Shown: piece by piece, positions 28,478 through 37,602 of the stretch | How the letters are laid out: each line of letters opens with the position of its first letter | Position numbering within the stretch: position 1 is the first letter of the stretch | From: a virus | Virus record (IMG/VR): IMGVR_UViG_3300020472_001862 | Location: 106,237-170,236 of that record | Direction: 5' to 3' (one strand) | Length of the DNA: 64,000 bases | The notes under the pieces: model-generated | Database searches by the model: none | The model's input: only the letters and a program-made list of their open reading frames with translations | Told to the model about the DNA's origin: nothing | Position numbers and translations under genes: made by a program

Positions 28478-28729
28478 ATGGCTAATCGTAAAGTGACCCA
28501 AACTCAAAAGGTTCTAAACTTTTTGAATAAAGGGAATAGTTTGAGCAATGCAGTAGCAACGCACAAACTTAAAGTAAATAGACTACCTGCTAAGATTCAT
28601 GTTCTTAGACAAGCTGGGTATCCTATCTACACTAATACCAATGCAGTAGGTAACCCTACTTACCGTCTTGGTACTCCTAGCAGAGCAATGATAGCAGCAG
28701 CATTTGCAGCTGGCGTATCATTTAGCTAA
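28478..28729 (+). CDS. Winged helix-turn-helix-like protein
   Basis: TQTQKVLNFL..G...LPAKIHVLRQAGYPIY...YRLG. Confidence 0.65.
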   Translation: MANRKVTQTQKVLNFLNKGNSLSNAVATHKLKVNRLPAKIHVLRQAGYPIYTNTNAVGNPTYRLGTPSRAMIAAAFAAGVSFS

Positions 28730-28739
28730 GCTAGATACC

Positions 28740-28923
28740 AATGGAGCACTATAAGTCGGGAACTAGCGCATGTGCTCCATTACATTTTAAGAGGTTTGGT
28801 ACACCGAGGTCGTCAGAGTCCAAAAGACCAACTATAAATAAAAGGAGAGAGGGGTGGACCTCACAAAAAACCATAACAAGAAACATATCTGTCCTGGGTA
28901 CGACAGACGAAATAAAAGACCCA
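28740..28923 (+). ncRNA. Putative structured RNA region (10-bp hairpin plus two H-type pseudoknots)
   Basis: AATGGAGCAC/GTGCTCCATT; GAGG/CCTC with GTGG/CCAT; TCTGTC/GACAGA with TGGGT/ACCCA. Confidence 0.45.
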
Positions 28924-28950
28924 CAGAATTTACAAACAGCGGAGGCTTAG

Positions 28951-29193
28951 ATGGCAGACAACATTGGACAAGAACTTTTAGAGGCTTTAGAACAACAATA
29001 TAGAGGAAATATTGCCTCGGCAAAAGCTAATGTTAGAGTGTACCTAGAAAATCCAGCAGGGATAGGAGAACATCCTGATGTGGTACAAGCCCTCGATACG
29101 CAGATAGCAATTATAGCAGAAAACCAAGAGAAATTAGATACGCTAAACAGTAGACGATACAATTTCTCAGGCAGGAGACACCCTGTTGAGTAA
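28951..29193 (+). CDS. Conserved small hypothetical protein
   Basis: ANV.VYL.NPAGIGEHPD motif; GGAGG SD. Confidence 0.75.
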   Translation: MADNIGQELLEALEQQYRGNIASAKANVRVYLENPAGIGEHPDVVQALDTQIAIIAENQEKLDTLNSRRYNFSGRRHPVE

Positions 29194-29377
29194 TACCTTT
29201 GGTAACGAATTTTTTAGAGCAGAGATCTCACCCATAGAGGTGCCAGACGGAATGTTCAAAGTAGAGTTTTATAGTAAAGATGATTTGATCTTTACAGAAT
29301 ATGTAGGTGATAGAAACATAGCTGTGGATACAGCAAAGACGTTCGTTAGACAAAGGGAGAAACTGCATGGCAAATAA
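29186..29377 (+). CDS. Small hypothetical protein
   Basis: AGGAG SD before TTG; overlaps neighbours. Confidence 0.55.
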   Translation: MSNTFGNEFFRAEISPIEVPDGMFKVEFYSKDDLIFTEYVGDRNIAVDTAKTFVRQREKLHGK

Positions 29378-29852
29378 TGTATATTCTACATTACAATTTG
29401 AAAAAGGAAATACAGAAGCAGAAAGAGAATTCTTAAGAATATTTGAATTCATAGAAACCTTTGACGAAAGAGGATTAGAGTTTGCAGACTTCTTCCTAAC
29501 CAATCAGGAAATTGTAGATGAAGAGTTTATGGAAGATTGGATTGGTCCTAGGAATGCAGTAGTCACAAAATTTATGGGAACAGAAGTAGAGATTAAATCT
29601 TCTTGGATATCACCTCATAAATTCTTTGAAGGATTATTAGAACACCTAAGAAATACAGATTCAGATGTTGTATTGAGTATGCAATATGAAGATGAGTTTT
29701 TAAACTTTTGTGGTGTGTATGTTAACGACAAACAAATTGAGGAGTCAGGAGGGTGGTTTAAGACTCGGTTCGATGAATTAAACGACCCTGATTTAGACTT
29801 CTTAGAGTATGTAGAGGACATACAGATAGAATGGTTAGATGAATTGTGTTGA
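29367..29852 (+). CDS. Acidic hypothetical protein
   Basis: MAN.V...SSW.SP...YEDE. Confidence 0.65.
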   Translation: MANNVYSTLQFEKGNTEAEREFLRIFEFIETFDERGLEFADFFLTNQEIVDEEFMEDWIGPRNAVVTKFMGTEVEIKSSWISPHKFFEGLLEHLRNTDSDVVLSMQYEDEFLNFCGVYVNDKQIEESGGWFKTRFDELNDPDLDFLEYVEDIQIEWLDELC

Positions 29853-30026
29853 TTTTGTGTTGATAGTATGTACGGGAGATATATAATGCGGTTTGTGGAA
29901 AAAATGGAGACATATAGTACACAATCTCCTACTTCTTCTGTTCTTATACATAATGGAGGAAGACTTGAGGCTTGTTAAAACGACATCAACCAAAGGTCAA
30001 CAAGACGTCAAGATGGAGATGGAGAT

Positions 30027-30557
30027 ATGAGGTTAGATTACAAAGACTGTGGCAAAATTGGCATTACCTGTAGCACATTTGATTTACTACACGCAGGTCA
30101 TGTTGTCATGTTGGAGGAAGCCAAAAGGCATTGTGATTACCTAATAGCAGCGCTGCAAGTAGATCCTACTCTAGACAGACAAACAAAGAACAAACCTATT
30201 CAAAGTATAGTAGAAAGACAAATACAATTAGCAGCTGTAAAGTATGTTGACGAGATAGTCATGTACTCTACAGAAAACGAATTAGAAGATTTATTCCTTA
30301 CATTACCTTTAGAAATTAGAATATTAGGTACTGAATATAGGGACAAAGAATTTACGGCTAAGCAAATATGTTTGGATCGTAATATTGAATTGTTTTACAA
30401 TGTCAGAGATCACTCGTTCTCGAGTACAAGTCTCAGACAAAGAATACGATCCAATGAAATTGAAAAAATAACTGGTTACAAGGATGCAGTAATGCCTGAG
30501 GTTGTAGCCGCTAACAAAAAGAGGATAGATGATGAAAAAGACAACGGCGATTCGTAG
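30027..30557 (+). CDS. Glycerol-3-phosphate cytidylyltransferase-like (TagD family)
   Basis: STFDLLHAGH, VKYVDE, R.HSFSSTSLR. Confidence 0.9.
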   Translation: MRLDYKDCGKIGITCSTFDLLHAGHVVMLEEAKRHCDYLIAALQVDPTLDRQTKNKPIQSIVERQIQLAAVKYVDEIVMYSTENELEDLFLTLPLEIRILGTEYRDKEFTAKQICLDRNIELFYNVRDHSFSSTSLRQRIRSNEIEKITGYKDAVMPEVVAANKKRIDDEKDNGDS

Positions 30558-30726
30558 AGTAGTTAATTGTTTAAATGCTGAGAAAAGAGCCTTACATGGT
30601 GAATTCAAAAGTTATTGGAGCCACACTGCTCAGAAAATAGCTAAATCTAATGATATAGATATAGAGCGTGTAAAAAATAATTTGGAGTTATACAATGCAG
30701 AACCTAAAAGTAGTAGCATCCACTAG
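30529..30726 (+). CDS. Small hypothetical protein
   Basis: Overlapping ORF with SD. Confidence 0.55.
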   Translation: MMKKTTAIRRVVNCLNAEKRALHGEFKSYWSHTAQKIAKSNDIDIERVKNNLELYNAEPKSSSIH

Positions 30727-31039
30727 AATTTGGGAGGCTAAAAATCCTAATCAACCTGATTTTCCTATGTGGCACCCTATAGGTGGTAGTGAATATATTA
30801 TAGGTTATTTGGATGTACCTGATGGTGAAGCACCACAACTCTCTCAAATTGCAGAACATGTTACTAACTTTATGCACTTATTAGAAGGTAAAATTACGCC
30901 TAATGTCGTGGAGATATTTTCAGGATATGAGGTTTACTTTGTAGATACCTTAACACATAATGAGGCATTCCAACTACAACAAGGTGATTCTATTGACTTT
31001 CCAGCAGAAGATGTTACAAAAATCGAAGGCCAATCATAG
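30695..31039 (+). CDS. Hypothetical protein
   Basis: W.P.GGSEYI...LTH.E.FQL. Confidence 0.6.
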   Translation: MQNLKVVASTRIWEAKNPNQPDFPMWHPIGGSEYIIGYLDVPDGEAPQLSQIAEHVTNFMHLLEGKITPNVVEIFSGYEVYFVDTLTHNEAFQLQQGDSIDFPAEDVTKIEGQS

Positions 31040-31757
31040 GTGGACATTTGGGTTTACATACTTTAATGAACCACATAAGCTAGAGATACAAATGGAAGCC
31101 TGGTCCAAATGGCCAGGTAATGTAGATATCTTTGTCGTAGACGATGGCTCAGACATTCATCCTGCTAAGGAACTATTAGAAAATTTTCATTTAGAAGACT
31201 GGCAACCAACCCTACAACTCTGGAGGGTAACAAGAAATATAGGATTTAACTCCCATGGCTGTAGAAATCTCATAGCCAAATACGCAGACACAGATTGCAT
31301 ACAATTCTTAGATATAGATCATGTGATGTATGCTCCCGATGTTGCTAAACTTAAACAAATGAAAGTAGGAAGTAAGGATATTATTCATCATAAAAACTAT
31401 AATGAATATCAACAAACAGTAAAAGATCATCCAGGCCATATGAATTGTTTTGGTATACACAAAGATTTATTTTGGGAAGCTGGAGGTTATGATGAATCTT
31501 TTACCGGCCATCATTATGGAGATAGAGAGTTTTTAGATAGAATCTTTGCATGTGAACACAGGAAGATAAAATCCCAATGTGCTACTTCAATGAACCGTGA
31601 AGGAAGACATGGTAGTGTAGATAAAAATGTGGAAAAGACAGAGTACACACCAGGAGACGATAAGTTTTTTAAAGTTCCTTTGGACATTCCTGAGGTTAAA
31701 AAACTTAGAGGAACAAAAACACAAAGATTGGATTTTCCGTTTATTAGGATATTATAA
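30960..31757 (+). CDS. GT-A fold glycosyltransferase (GT2/GT7-like); true start may be 31011
   Basis: VVDDGS, RN, DID, GGYDESF.G...GD.EF. Confidence 0.8.
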   Translation: MRHSNYNKVILLTFQQKMLQKSKANHRWTFGFTYFNEPHKLEIQMEAWSKWPGNVDIFVVDDGSDIHPAKELLENFHLEDWQPTLQLWRVTRNIGFNSHGCRNLIAKYADTDCIQFLDIDHVMYAPDVAKLKQMKVGSKDIIHHKNYNEYQQTVKDHPGHMNCFGIHKDLFWEAGGYDESFTGHHYGDREFLDRIFACEHRKIKSQCATSMNREGRHGSVDKNVEKTEYTPGDDKFFKVPLDIPEVKKLRGTKTQRLDFPFIRIL

Positions 31758-31765
31758 ATACTGTT

Positions 31766-32941
31766 ATGCGCTTTACTGAATTTTTAAAAGAAGATAAAGA
31801 AGAAGATAAACTGAAGCATTTAGAGCATGTGGAGGATCATGTAATCCATGCTGGACACGAAGGCTTTGGACATGCTTTCCATACAATTAATGATGTTCAT
31901 AATAGTTTACAAGGCAAAGGTTCAGGACAAACACAGACAACAATTAAATATGATGGAAGTCCTGCTGTAGTATTTGGGAAACACCCAGAGAACGGAAAGT
32001 TCTTTGTAGCATCTAAATCAGCATTCAACAAAACACCAAAAATTAACCATTCACACGAAGACATAGATGCTAATCACGGACATGCTCCTGGACTTGTATC
32101 TAAATTAAAAGCAGCTCTAGATCACGCACATAAAATTAAACCTAATGGTGTATATCAAGCAGACATAATGCACGCTGGAGATGTTAAACACGACAAGAAG
32201 AATAATAGAGTAGATTTTACACCACAGTTAATTACATATCACGCACCAGCAGACTCAGAACATGGCAAAGCAGCTAAGAGAGCCAAGCTTGGGTTAGCAA
32301 TACATACGGAGTATGAGGGTAAGACAATAGCCGATATGAAAGCCAAACACGGTGCTATTGACGCAAATACCTTCACAAAGCACAAGGATGTGCACCTTAT
32401 GAGTGCTAATCATGATACAAGTACACATAGGTATAGCCTGGAAGATCGTAAGCAAGTAGATCATCATCTAGAACAAGCAGTAGCACACTTTAAAAACACA
32501 CCCAAAGAACATCACGATACAGTTCAAAAACATGCTACGGCAATGAAAGTATATGTCAACCATACAGTACGAACAGGCGAACAACATTCTCACGAAGGGT
32601 TCGTAGCACATCACAGCGCCTCACATCAAAAGAAGATAGATAAAGTTAAAACAGATGTTGCTAAAGCAAGACATCAAACTACTATGGATAACACCATAGG
32701 TCATATAAATAAGAATAAGGAACACTTTGAAGGCCCAATGAACATGCACAAGCATTTACAAGCGGCAAAGAATATAATTACAAACACAATGTCTCAAAAA
32801 TCAGAATGGGGGCATGAGATAGACGGAGCTAAGACTAAACCAGAAGGTTTTGTTGCCATACGAAATGGTAGGCCTTCTAAATTTGTAGACAGGAAAGAGT
32901 TTAGTGCGCTAAACTTTAACAAAAACGATGCGAGGAGATAA
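31766..32941 (+). CDS. His-rich ligase-like nucleotidyltransferase (DUF6267-like), probably capsid-packaged
   Basis: KYDG (KxDG), EGFV and KFVDR motifs; about 43 His in 391 aa by hand count; MRFTEFLKE N-terminus; late promoter. Confidence 0.65.
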   Translation: MRFTEFLKEDKEEDKLKHLEHVEDHVIHAGHEGFGHAFHTINDVHNSLQGKGSGQTQTTIKYDGSPAVVFGKHPENGKFFVASKSAFNKTPKINHSHEDIDANHGHAPGLVSKLKAALDHAHKIKPNGVYQADIMHAGDVKHDKKNNRVDFTPQLITYHAPADSEHGKAAKRAKLGLAIHTEYEGKTIADMKAKHGAIDANTFTKHKDVHLMSANHDTSTHRYSLEDRKQVDHHLEQAVAHFKNTPKEHHDTVQKHATAMKVYVNHTVRTGEQHSHEGFVAHHSASHQKKIDKVKTDVAKARHQTTMDNTIGHINKNKEHFEGPMNMHKHLQAAKNIITNTMSQKSEWGHEIDGAKTKPEGFVAIRNGRPSKFVDRKEFSALNFNKNDARR

Positions 32942-32944
32942 GAC

Positions 32945-32992
32945 ATGAGCAAATGCAAATGCTGTAAATGCTGTAATTGTACTTGTTGTTAA
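32945..32992 (+). CDS. 15-aa Cys-rich micropeptide MSKCKCCKCCNCTCC
   Basis: GAGGAG SD upstream; fills the intergenic gap almost exactly; 8 of 15 residues Cys using both TGC and TGT. Confidence 0.6.
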   Translation: MSKCKCCKCCNCTCC

Positions 32993-32995
32993 GCA

Positions 32996-33853
32996 ATGGC
33001 AGAAGATAAGCACATAGTATTTTCATACGGAAGAATGAATCCACCTACTGCTGGACATAGCAAGGTTGTGGATAAGGTTCATTCTCACGCACAAAAAATA
33101 GGTGCTAATCACGCAGTTATTGTTAGTCATTCACAAAACAATAAAACAGATCCTTTACATCATGAACATAAGAAAGAATATTTAAAACATATTCATCCTG
33201 AAGTTAACTTTGAACATTCTACAAAAGAACACCCTCACTTCCTGGCACAACTTAAAAAGTTCCACCAAGAAGGACATACACACGCAACAATGGTTGTAGG
33301 AAGTGATAGAGTAAAACAATTTAAAGCGTTGGCTAATAAGTACAACGGCAAAGAGTATAATTATAAAAAGATACATATCTTATCAGCAGGACAGAGAGAT
33401 CCTGATGCTGAGGGAGTAGCAGGTATAAGTGGAACAAAGATGAGAGCACATGCAAGTGGCAATGACTACAAATCTTTCAAGGCAGGATTACATGCCAATC
33501 ATAGTGATGAACATGCCAAAAAACTATATAAAGCAACACGACAAGGTATGAACTTACAGAAAGAGGAGAGAGGCATGTTAGACTTTCAAACATTTTTAAA
33601 AGAAGACATGGAAGGAATGTCTCAGAAGTCTGGAGACAAAAGAAGTACAGAGAGTGGTGCTGGTATGACGGCTAAAGGTGTAGCCAAATATAATAGACGA
33701 ACAGGTGGTAATCTAAAAACAGCAGTAACTACACCACCAAGTAAACTTAAAAAAGGCAGTAAAGCAGCAGGAAGGCGTAAGTCTTTTTGTGCTAGGTCCA
33801 AAGGTTGGACAGGCGAGAGAGGTAAAGCTGCTAGGCGGAGGTGGAATTGTTAA
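32996..33853 (+). CDS. HxGH-type nucleotidyltransferase (phage 'cytidyltransferase') with a C-terminal basic module
   Basis: GRMNPPTAGH, MVVGSDRV, SAGQRDPDAEG, SGTKMR; C-terminal RRKSFCAR..RRRWNC. Confidence 0.8.
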   Translation: MAEDKHIVFSYGRMNPPTAGHSKVVDKVHSHAQKIGANHAVIVSHSQNNKTDPLHHEHKKEYLKHIHPEVNFEHSTKEHPHFLAQLKKFHQEGHTHATMVVGSDRVKQFKALANKYNGKEYNYKKIHILSAGQRDPDAEGVAGISGTKMRAHASGNDYKSFKAGLHANHSDEHAKKLYKATRQGMNLQKEERGMLDFQTFLKEDMEGMSQKSGDKRSTESGAGMTAKGVAKYNRRTGGNLKTAVTTPPSKLKKGSKAAGRRKSFCARSKGWTGERGKAARRRWNC

Positions 33854-34116
33854 TTTTAACTAGATTGGCTATAGCATGTGTAACAGCAGTATTTGGAAAC
33901 GCATTTAGTAAATGGTTTCTTAATACAAAAGTTGGTGGTTGGTTCCAAAGAAAAGTAAATAGTTTAATGGAGTTTTTGGCAAATAGATATAATATAGAAC
34001 TTGCCAAGAAAGAAGCTAAATGGAGAGCAGATTATCCAATGTTAGCCAAAAGAATAGACAACATAGAGTCTAAACTAGAAGGCTATGAAGACTGGAAGAA
34101 GGTTTTAGATGAGTAA
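33841..34116 (+). CDS. Small membrane-anchored protein
   Basis: N-terminal hydrophobic helix. Confidence 0.55.
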   Translation: MELLILTRLAIACVTAVFGNAFSKWFLNTKVGGWFQRKVNSLMEFLANRYNIELAKKEAKWRADYPMLAKRIDNIESKLEGYEDWKKVLDE

Positions 34117-34477
34117 AATATTAATGGGTATTATTGTAGCAATGGTTCTTGCCTTTGGTACATATTACTGGCTGACTGAAAAGAGACTTGCAGTTCTAAC
34201 TGAGAACAATGCTAAGTTATCTATAGCAGCAACAACAAATCAACAAACAATAGATAAATTAACATCAGATTTCCAACAACAACAGGTTCTTAATGAAGAA
34301 CTAAATATAAAGCTAAAGGCCTCTGAGGCATATGGCGACAATTTAGCTAAAAAATTAAGAGAACATGATTTAACAATGCTAACCCTAAAGAAACCTGGGT
34401 TAATTGAACGGAGAGTGAATAGTGCGACACAGAAGATTCTTACAGATCTCGAGTCTAGTACTGCTACTGTTAATTAG
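34109..34477 (+). CDS. Putative i-spanin (Rz-like)
   Basis: N-terminal TM anchor and coiled coil, overlapping a lipoprotein gene. Confidence 0.6.
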   Translation: MSKILMGIIVAMVLAFGTYYWLTEKRLAVLTENNAKLSIAATTNQQTIDKLTSDFQQQQVLNEELNIKLKASEAYGDNLAKKLREHDLTMLTLKKPGLIERRVNSATQKILTDLESSTATVN

Positions 34478-34820
34478 TAGCGGTTGTAGTCTTATACCTA
34501 AAGAGGTACAGGTACAAACTAAATTCGTAGAAAAACAAATACCAATACAAGGACACCCTAAAGGTTTAACTATGTATCCTATACAGTTTTATGCTGTAAC
34601 GGAGGAAAACTTTGAGGAGTTTAAAGAGAAATTTGAGAAAGAAAATGCAGATTTAGTTTATTTTGCATTAAGTGTTCCTGATTATGAGAACTTATCCTTA
34701 AACATGGGCGAACTAAAACGCTATATAGAACAACAAAAGACTATCATTATATACTACGAACAATCTATTACAGGTGTTAAGGCTGAAATAGTTTTGGATG
34801 ACGACAAAGCCAAAGACTAA
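34422..34820 (+). CDS. Putative o-spanin (Rz1-like) lipoprotein
   Basis: Signal peptide with lipobox ISSG|C; overlaps the upstream TM coiled-coil gene. Confidence 0.6.
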   Translation: MRHRRFLQISSLVLLLLISSGCSLIPKEVQVQTKFVEKQIPIQGHPKGLTMYPIQFYAVTEENFEEFKEKFEKENADLVYFALSVPDYENLSLNMGELKRYIEQQKTIIIYYEQSITGVKAEIVLDDDKAKD

Positions 34821-34838
34821 TCTTGTATAAATAAGAGT

Positions 34839-36269
34839 ATGAAGAACTTTATGACATTCAGAGAAGATTTAGCTTCTGGCAGACCTGCCAAAAAACCTGT
34901 TTCTAGTAATTTACTACAACAAAGAGCTAAAGCAAATACTAAAGCTCTAAAGTCAGGTTTCATGAGGTTAACGAAACAGGAAAGAGATAAAGAAGCTCGA
35001 AGAATGTCAGAAGAGAAAAAGAACTGTGGGTGTGGACAAGATCCTTGTATCACATATGGCAAAAAACAAATGAAAGAAGCTATAGATACAAAACCAGTAC
35101 ACGATGCCAATAAAGCATTAGAGAAAAACATGGGTCTTAAAAAGACTAAGGACTCAGGTATCGTTAAAACTAAAGGTGGGTATGCAAGGAAAAGAACTTA
35201 CACCAGAGAGTCTGCCAGGGATAATTACAATCCAGAAATTTCAGATAAAAGAACTAAAGAAAAACTTAAAAAGGCTGGACTACCGCCTGAGTCTCCTAAA
35301 GTAATGGAAGCAAGAGAAAGAATTAGAGATATATTTGAAGGTAAGAAAAAAGGACTAGACGGCAAAGCATGTTGGAAAGGATACAAACTACAAGGTACCA
35401 AAAAGAAAGGTAATAAAACTGTAGATAATTGTGTACCAATGAGTGAGGAAGAACAAATGAAACCTCATAAAATGTACAAGGGCGATAAAGTAGTCGTGGC
35501 AAAGAATAAAGCAGAACATGATAAACTTAACAAGCAAGGATATACACACGACGATCCTAAAACTAAAAAGATTGAAGAAGTATCAGATCATCTTAAGACA
35601 AGATATATCCATAAGTCTATGAGGGATATAGACACTAAGGAAAGAGCTTCACAATTAGCAGACAAACAAGGCGCACCTGCTAGTGTAGGTAAATCATTAA
35701 GTAAGTCTACAGGCAAAAGACGTAAAGGTATTGCAAGAGCAAGAGCCAATTTAGAAAGACCTATTAGAGAAGGTAAAAAACCAGTAGTACACAGCACAAA
35801 GCCAGACAGTCTTAAAATGGTTAAGATTAAATACAACAAACCTATTAAAACAAAAGTAACAGACATAGGTCCTGGTGGAAAAGAAGTAGTTAGAAAAGAT
35901 TGGTCTGAAGGAATAGAAAGAGATCCTAAGTCTAATTCATTTAATAGAACAAAAAGAAAAGAAACAACTGTAAGAGTTGGACAAAAGAGAGATAAGAAAA
36001 CAGGTAAGATGGTAGATGTGATGGGTAAATCATCAGCACCACAAGGCTTACCTTCAATGAAAGAACATCAAATTCAATTGGTAACAAACTTAGATTTTAA
36101 TGAAAGTCTAGGTATGTTAGTATCAAGAGGCTTAAATAAAGTCCGTGGTGCTATTAAAGATGCAGAAAAGAGAACAGGATATAAAGTAGATCCTAGTAAA
36201 AACAAACATTCAAATCCAGTATCAGGCAAGAACATTGCTAAAAGACTGGCATCGCAAAAAAAAAGGTAG
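34839..36269 (+). CDS. Lys-rich modular internal head/virion protein
   Basis: Late promoter, CTS-like MKNFMTFRE, CWKGY..G.KKKG...V.NCVP module, repeated hydrophobic-X-E sites. Confidence 0.7.
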   Translation: MKNFMTFREDLASGRPAKKPVSSNLLQQRAKANTKALKSGFMRLTKQERDKEARRMSEEKKNCGCGQDPCITYGKKQMKEAIDTKPVHDANKALEKNMGLKKTKDSGIVKTKGGYARKRTYTRESARDNYNPEISDKRTKEKLKKAGLPPESPKVMEARERIRDIFEGKKKGLDGKACWKGYKLQGTKKKGNKTVDNCVPMSEEEQMKPHKMYKGDKVVVAKNKAEHDKLNKQGYTHDDPKTKKIEEVSDHLKTRYIHKSMRDIDTKERASQLADKQGAPASVGKSLSKSTGKRRKGIARARANLERPIREGKKPVVHSTKPDSLKMVKIKYNKPIKTKVTDIGPGGKEVVRKDWSEGIERDPKSNSFNRTKRKETTVRVGQKRDKKTGKMVDVMGKSSAPQGLPSMKEHQIQLVTNLDFNESLGMLVSRGLNKVRGAIKDAEKRTGYKVDPSKNKHSNPVSGKNIAKRLASQKKR

Positions 36270-36352
36270 AAATACCTAAGTCCGCTAAGAAAGACTTAGA
36301 CAAACAATCCAAAGCAAGAGATAAAGATTGGTGGAAACACCAAGACAAATCT

Positions 36353-37582
36353 ATGTCTGAGGCAAGCACAAATAAATTTAGTCTACAAGGACAAGAAGAT
36401 GGCCCTTTAAGTTCTATGCCAAAAGGAACTAAGCCAATAGGTAGTAGAACTAAAAAGAACAAAGTATATGAAGATGCTCGATATGATCCTACTCCAGGTG
36501 GTATGGAATGGGGCACACCTCAAGGCACAGATTATTTCAAATCATTAACACCAGGTGAAGGCAAAGAAAGAGAAAAGCCTTTAAAGCCATTAAACATTAA
36601 AGCAAGAAAACCTGAAGACGAGAAGGGTGTTAAGGTTACAGAAGGACTACGCCAACAATTTGAACCTGAATACTCAGAAGCTAAAAGACGATTAGGCAAT
36701 AAAATTAGAGGCAAATTAGGACTTAAAAAGAAACCTACATTAGATTGGAAAAAGGATGCAGGTATTAAAGAAGATTTAGACCTATCCCACATAGAAGATA
36801 AACAGGCAGATCATAGTAAGCATCAGTACCCTATTAACAATGAAGTAGAAACACATGATAAAGGTGATAAAGGACATTGGTTAACAGGTAAAGATGGTGA
36901 TTGGTATATAGAACAAGATGACATTAAAGAGTTAGATAAAGAGGCAGAAAACTATACATTTGATAAAGCTGTAGATGATGGATTGTATGACGATGATGAA
37001 TTGGAATGGGAAGATTTCGACAATACTCCTGGATTTGATAATGAGATAAATGTAACCGAGGCATTATCAGTACAGGGTCGTTTAAAAAGACGATTTAATG
37101 CACGAAGAAACAAACAAAAATTAAAAGTAGCTAGGCGTATAGCATTACGAAGAGGCTCCACACCAGATAGATTGAAGAAGAGAGCAACCAGGGGTGCAAG
37201 GCTCATGGTTTATAAACGACTACTCAGGGGCAGAGACAGAGCTGGACTACCACCAGCAGAGAAGGCTCGTTTAGAGAGAATGATTACTAGATTCCAACCA
37301 CTAGTAAGTCGTATATCTGTTAAACTATTACCTCAGATGAGAAGAAATGAAATTAAACGACTAACAGGGAGGGCTAAGTTAAGAGCTAAAACTAGTAAGA
37401 AGTTTAAAGCAGCAAAACCAGTGAAGAGTGCATCACAAAAGAGAGCTAAGAAGTTTAAAATAAAGGTTAACAAATATAAGGCACCTAAGAAGAAAGCAGC
37501 TAAACCTAGATATGCTTCTGGTGGCCCTACACTTAAAAAAGCAAGTAAAGCATATAAAGCCTTCTCATATTCCATAGGCTAA
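36353..37582 (+). CDS. Lys/Arg-rich virion-associated protein; frame open from 36242, possibly fused to the upstream ORF
   Basis: EWGT..T.Y....TPG module, RR-rich domain; no clear SD before 36353. Confidence 0.7.
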   Translation: MSEASTNKFSLQGQEDGPLSSMPKGTKPIGSRTKKNKVYEDARYDPTPGGMEWGTPQGTDYFKSLTPGEGKEREKPLKPLNIKARKPEDEKGVKVTEGLRQQFEPEYSEAKRRLGNKIRGKLGLKKKPTLDWKKDAGIKEDLDLSHIEDKQADHSKHQYPINNEVETHDKGDKGHWLTGKDGDWYIEQDDIKELDKEAENYTFDKAVDDGLYDDDELEWEDFDNTPGFDNEINVTEALSVQGRLKRRFNARRNKQKLKVARRIALRRGSTPDRLKKRATRGARLMVYKRLLRGRDRAGLPPAEKARLERMITRFQPLVSRISVKLLPQMRRNEIKRLTGRAKLRAKTSKKFKAAKPVKSASQKRAKKFKIKVNKYKAPKKKAAKPRYASGGPTLKKASKAYKAFSYSIG

Positions 37583-37602
37583 GCCAACATATAAATACTA
37601 AT

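Noticed and set aside
28844-28876. preQ1-I riboswitch
   Set aside because: It superficially resembles GAGG...CCUC-A-rich tail, but the 6-nt loop is too short and lacks the ligand-recognition residues; kept only as a generic pseudoknot.
28741-28950. 69-aa ORF in the track
   Set aside because: No SD, atypical composition, and it overlaps strong RNA structures and a late promoter; probably non-coding.
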